DNA from: Chloroflexota bacterium | Lineage (GTDB): Bacteria > Chloroflexota > Anaerolineae > J036 > Brachytrichaceae | NCBI GenBank assembly: GCA_031392845.1 | Contig: JANMVQ010000124.1 | Span: 1-35,014, forward strand | Length of the DNA stretch: 35,014 nt | Direction: 5' to 3' | Part shown: one piece after another, positions 33,951 through 35,014 of the stretch | How the letters are laid out: every line of letters begins with the position of its first letter | How positions within the stretch are numbered: position 1 is the stretch's first letter | The notes under the pieces: model-generated | What the model saw: only the letters and a program-made list of their open reading frames with translations | Told to the model about the DNA's origin: nothing | The model's database searches: none | Position numbers and translations under genes: made by a program

Positions 33951-33965
33951 GAATAACGCATCGCG

Positions 33966-35014
33966 ATGCAAAGGCTCAATTCATTCTTTAGTCGCGCTGT
34001 ATTCGTCATGGGTATGCCATTTTCTTTTCGCCAGTATCAGCCGCGAGGCCTGGAGATCATCGATACGACACTGCGTGACGGCACGCAGACGCCGCTATTG
34101 CACGATCACTATAAGTATTTCTTTACGACCGAAGACAAGATCGAAATTGTGCGGGCGCTGATCCTATATGGCGTGAAATTCATCGAGCTCTTTGCCCCCA
34201 ACGTGAGTAAACGCGAGGCCGATGATTGGCAGGCGATTAAACAGACGCGTGACGAAATGGTCTTTCAGAAGGGCTATTCGTTTTTATTGGCGCATGTGCG
34301 TTGTCATCCGGCGGATGTGGAGGCCGCGCTCAAAGTGGGTGCGGATGGCCTGAATTTCTATATTGGCACCAGTGATATCAGCCGCACTGCCAAGCACGGG
34401 CGCGATATTAACCAGATTGCGCGTGAGTCGCGAGTGCTGATCGAAGATGTGCGCAAGAATCATCCTGAACTGGTCTTACGCTTTAGCGGTGAAGATGCTT
34501 TCCGCACCACCGAGCTGGATTTATTCCGGGTGTATGACGAAATCGCGCCGTTGGTCGATCGCTTTGGCACACCCGACACGGTTGGGGTGGCCACGCCGAC
34601 GAGCGTAATCATGCGGGTGCAGGCCTTGCGCGAGCGTTACCCGCAAGTGGATTTGGAAGGACATTTTCATGATGATCGGGGCTTTGCGGGGGTGAACGCG
34701 TTGGAAGCGACTCGGGCCGGGATGCGCTATATACAAACCACCCTATTGGGCATCGCTGAGCGTAGCGGGATCACCAGCATGACTTGGCTCATGTTTAACT
34801 TGTTTTTGGATAAGGAATACGACAAGTTAGATGGCTATCACTTGCGTGGGTCTTATCCCATCAACGTGTTGATGGCCGACAAGTTGCGTAAGCTGATCCC
34901 CAGCAAGGAGCCCGTCAGTTTGACCAACCGCACCCATACTGCCGGCGTGCATGCCAAGGCAGTGGTCAACAACGCTAGCGCCTACGAAGCGCATCCGCTG
35001 GATCAATTTGGGGT
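33966..35014 (+). CDS. DRE-TIM metallolyase family protein (2-isopropylmalate/homocitrate/citramalate synthase or HMGL-like), 5' partial, continues beyond window
   Basis: IIDTTLRDGTQ and HFHDDRGFAGVNALEATRAGMRYIQTTLLGIAERSG match the DTTLRDGEQ and HxHND...GxGERxGN signatures, with E replaced by T and N by D. The reading frame is open to the window edge. ATG 34008 is an alternative start. Confidence 0.7.
   Translation, partial: MQRLNSFFSRAVFVMGMPFSFRQYQPRGLEIIDTTLRDGTQTPLLHDHYKYFFTTEDKIEIVRALILYGVKFIELFAPNVSKREADDWQAIKQTRDEMVFQKGYSFLLAHVRCHPADVEAALKVGADGLNFYIGTSDISRTAKHGRDINQIARESRVLIEDVRKNHPELVLRFSGEDAFRTTELDLFRVYDEIAPLVDRFGTPDTVGVATPTSVIMRVQALRERYPQVDLEGHFHDDRGFAGVNALEATRAGMRYIQTTLLGIAERSGITSMTWLMFNLFLDKEYDKLDGYHLRGSYPINVLMADKLRKLIPSKEPVSLTNRTHTAGVHAKAVVNNASAYEAHPLDQFG

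Noticed and set aside
1-35014. Searched for CRISPR arrays, tRNA/rRNA genes, transposases and integrases
   Set aside because: No regularly spaced direct repeats with unique spacers were seen. No tRNA-like cloverleaf candidates were seen in intergenic regions. No transposase or integrase-like ORFs were found. The only short tandem repeats are the elements reported above.

Overview
This 35 kb window has moderate GC content. I could not assign an organism; the gene content is consistent with a Chloroflexi-like soil bacterium, but that is not established.

Positions 86-8878 on the + strand form a glycan-biosynthesis cluster. It holds a Dpm1-like GT2 glycosyltransferase broken by a single in-frame TAA, a second GT2, two GT4 enzymes, a Wzx/MOP-type flippase, a 641-aa polytopic membrane protein that looks like a GT-C-fold glycosyltransferase, and a 267-aa membrane protein.

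Two paralogous genes for large secreted multi-domain proteins follow at 8974-13035 and 13309-15279. Both carry PKD modules and four copies in total of a ~170-aa ConA/LamG-like beta-sandwich module. The first is also fused to a glucose/sorbosone-dehydrogenase-like beta-propeller.

The remaining genes are a Tat-signal Rieske protein, a double-FtsX ABC permease, a CE4 polysaccharide deacetylase, a TPR lipoprotein, a class-III aminotransferase, a lipoprotein, an S41 C-terminal processing peptidase, EttA (an ABC-F protein), a hypothetical membrane-anchored protein, cobalamin-dependent methionine synthase MetH, a PIN/Phd-type toxin-antitoxin pair in reversed gene order, a flotillin (SPFH) protein, and the partial start of a DRE-TIM (LeuA/HMGL-like) metallolyase.

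The most unusual feature is a family of imperfect palindromic DNA repeats, ~80-100 bp long and built from 9-bp GGTTCnGAA / TTCnGAACC units. It is inserted in-frame twice in metH, at inter-domain linkers, and once in the ABC permease. The copies are read in different reading frames, so this is a DNA-level element tolerated inside coding genes rather than a protein domain.

Four further observations stand out:
- A second repeat family, a hairpin built from ACGCGGAT motifs plus a pyrimidine-rich CT tail, occurs in two intergenic regions.
- A 20-bp near-perfect palindrome, TCATGACTCACGAGTCATGA, occurs twice.
- A (TTGCAT)4 hexanucleotide repeat lies upstream of the GT-C-like gene.
- Three clear intrinsic terminators are present.

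No rRNA, tRNA, CRISPR array, transposase or integrase was detected.
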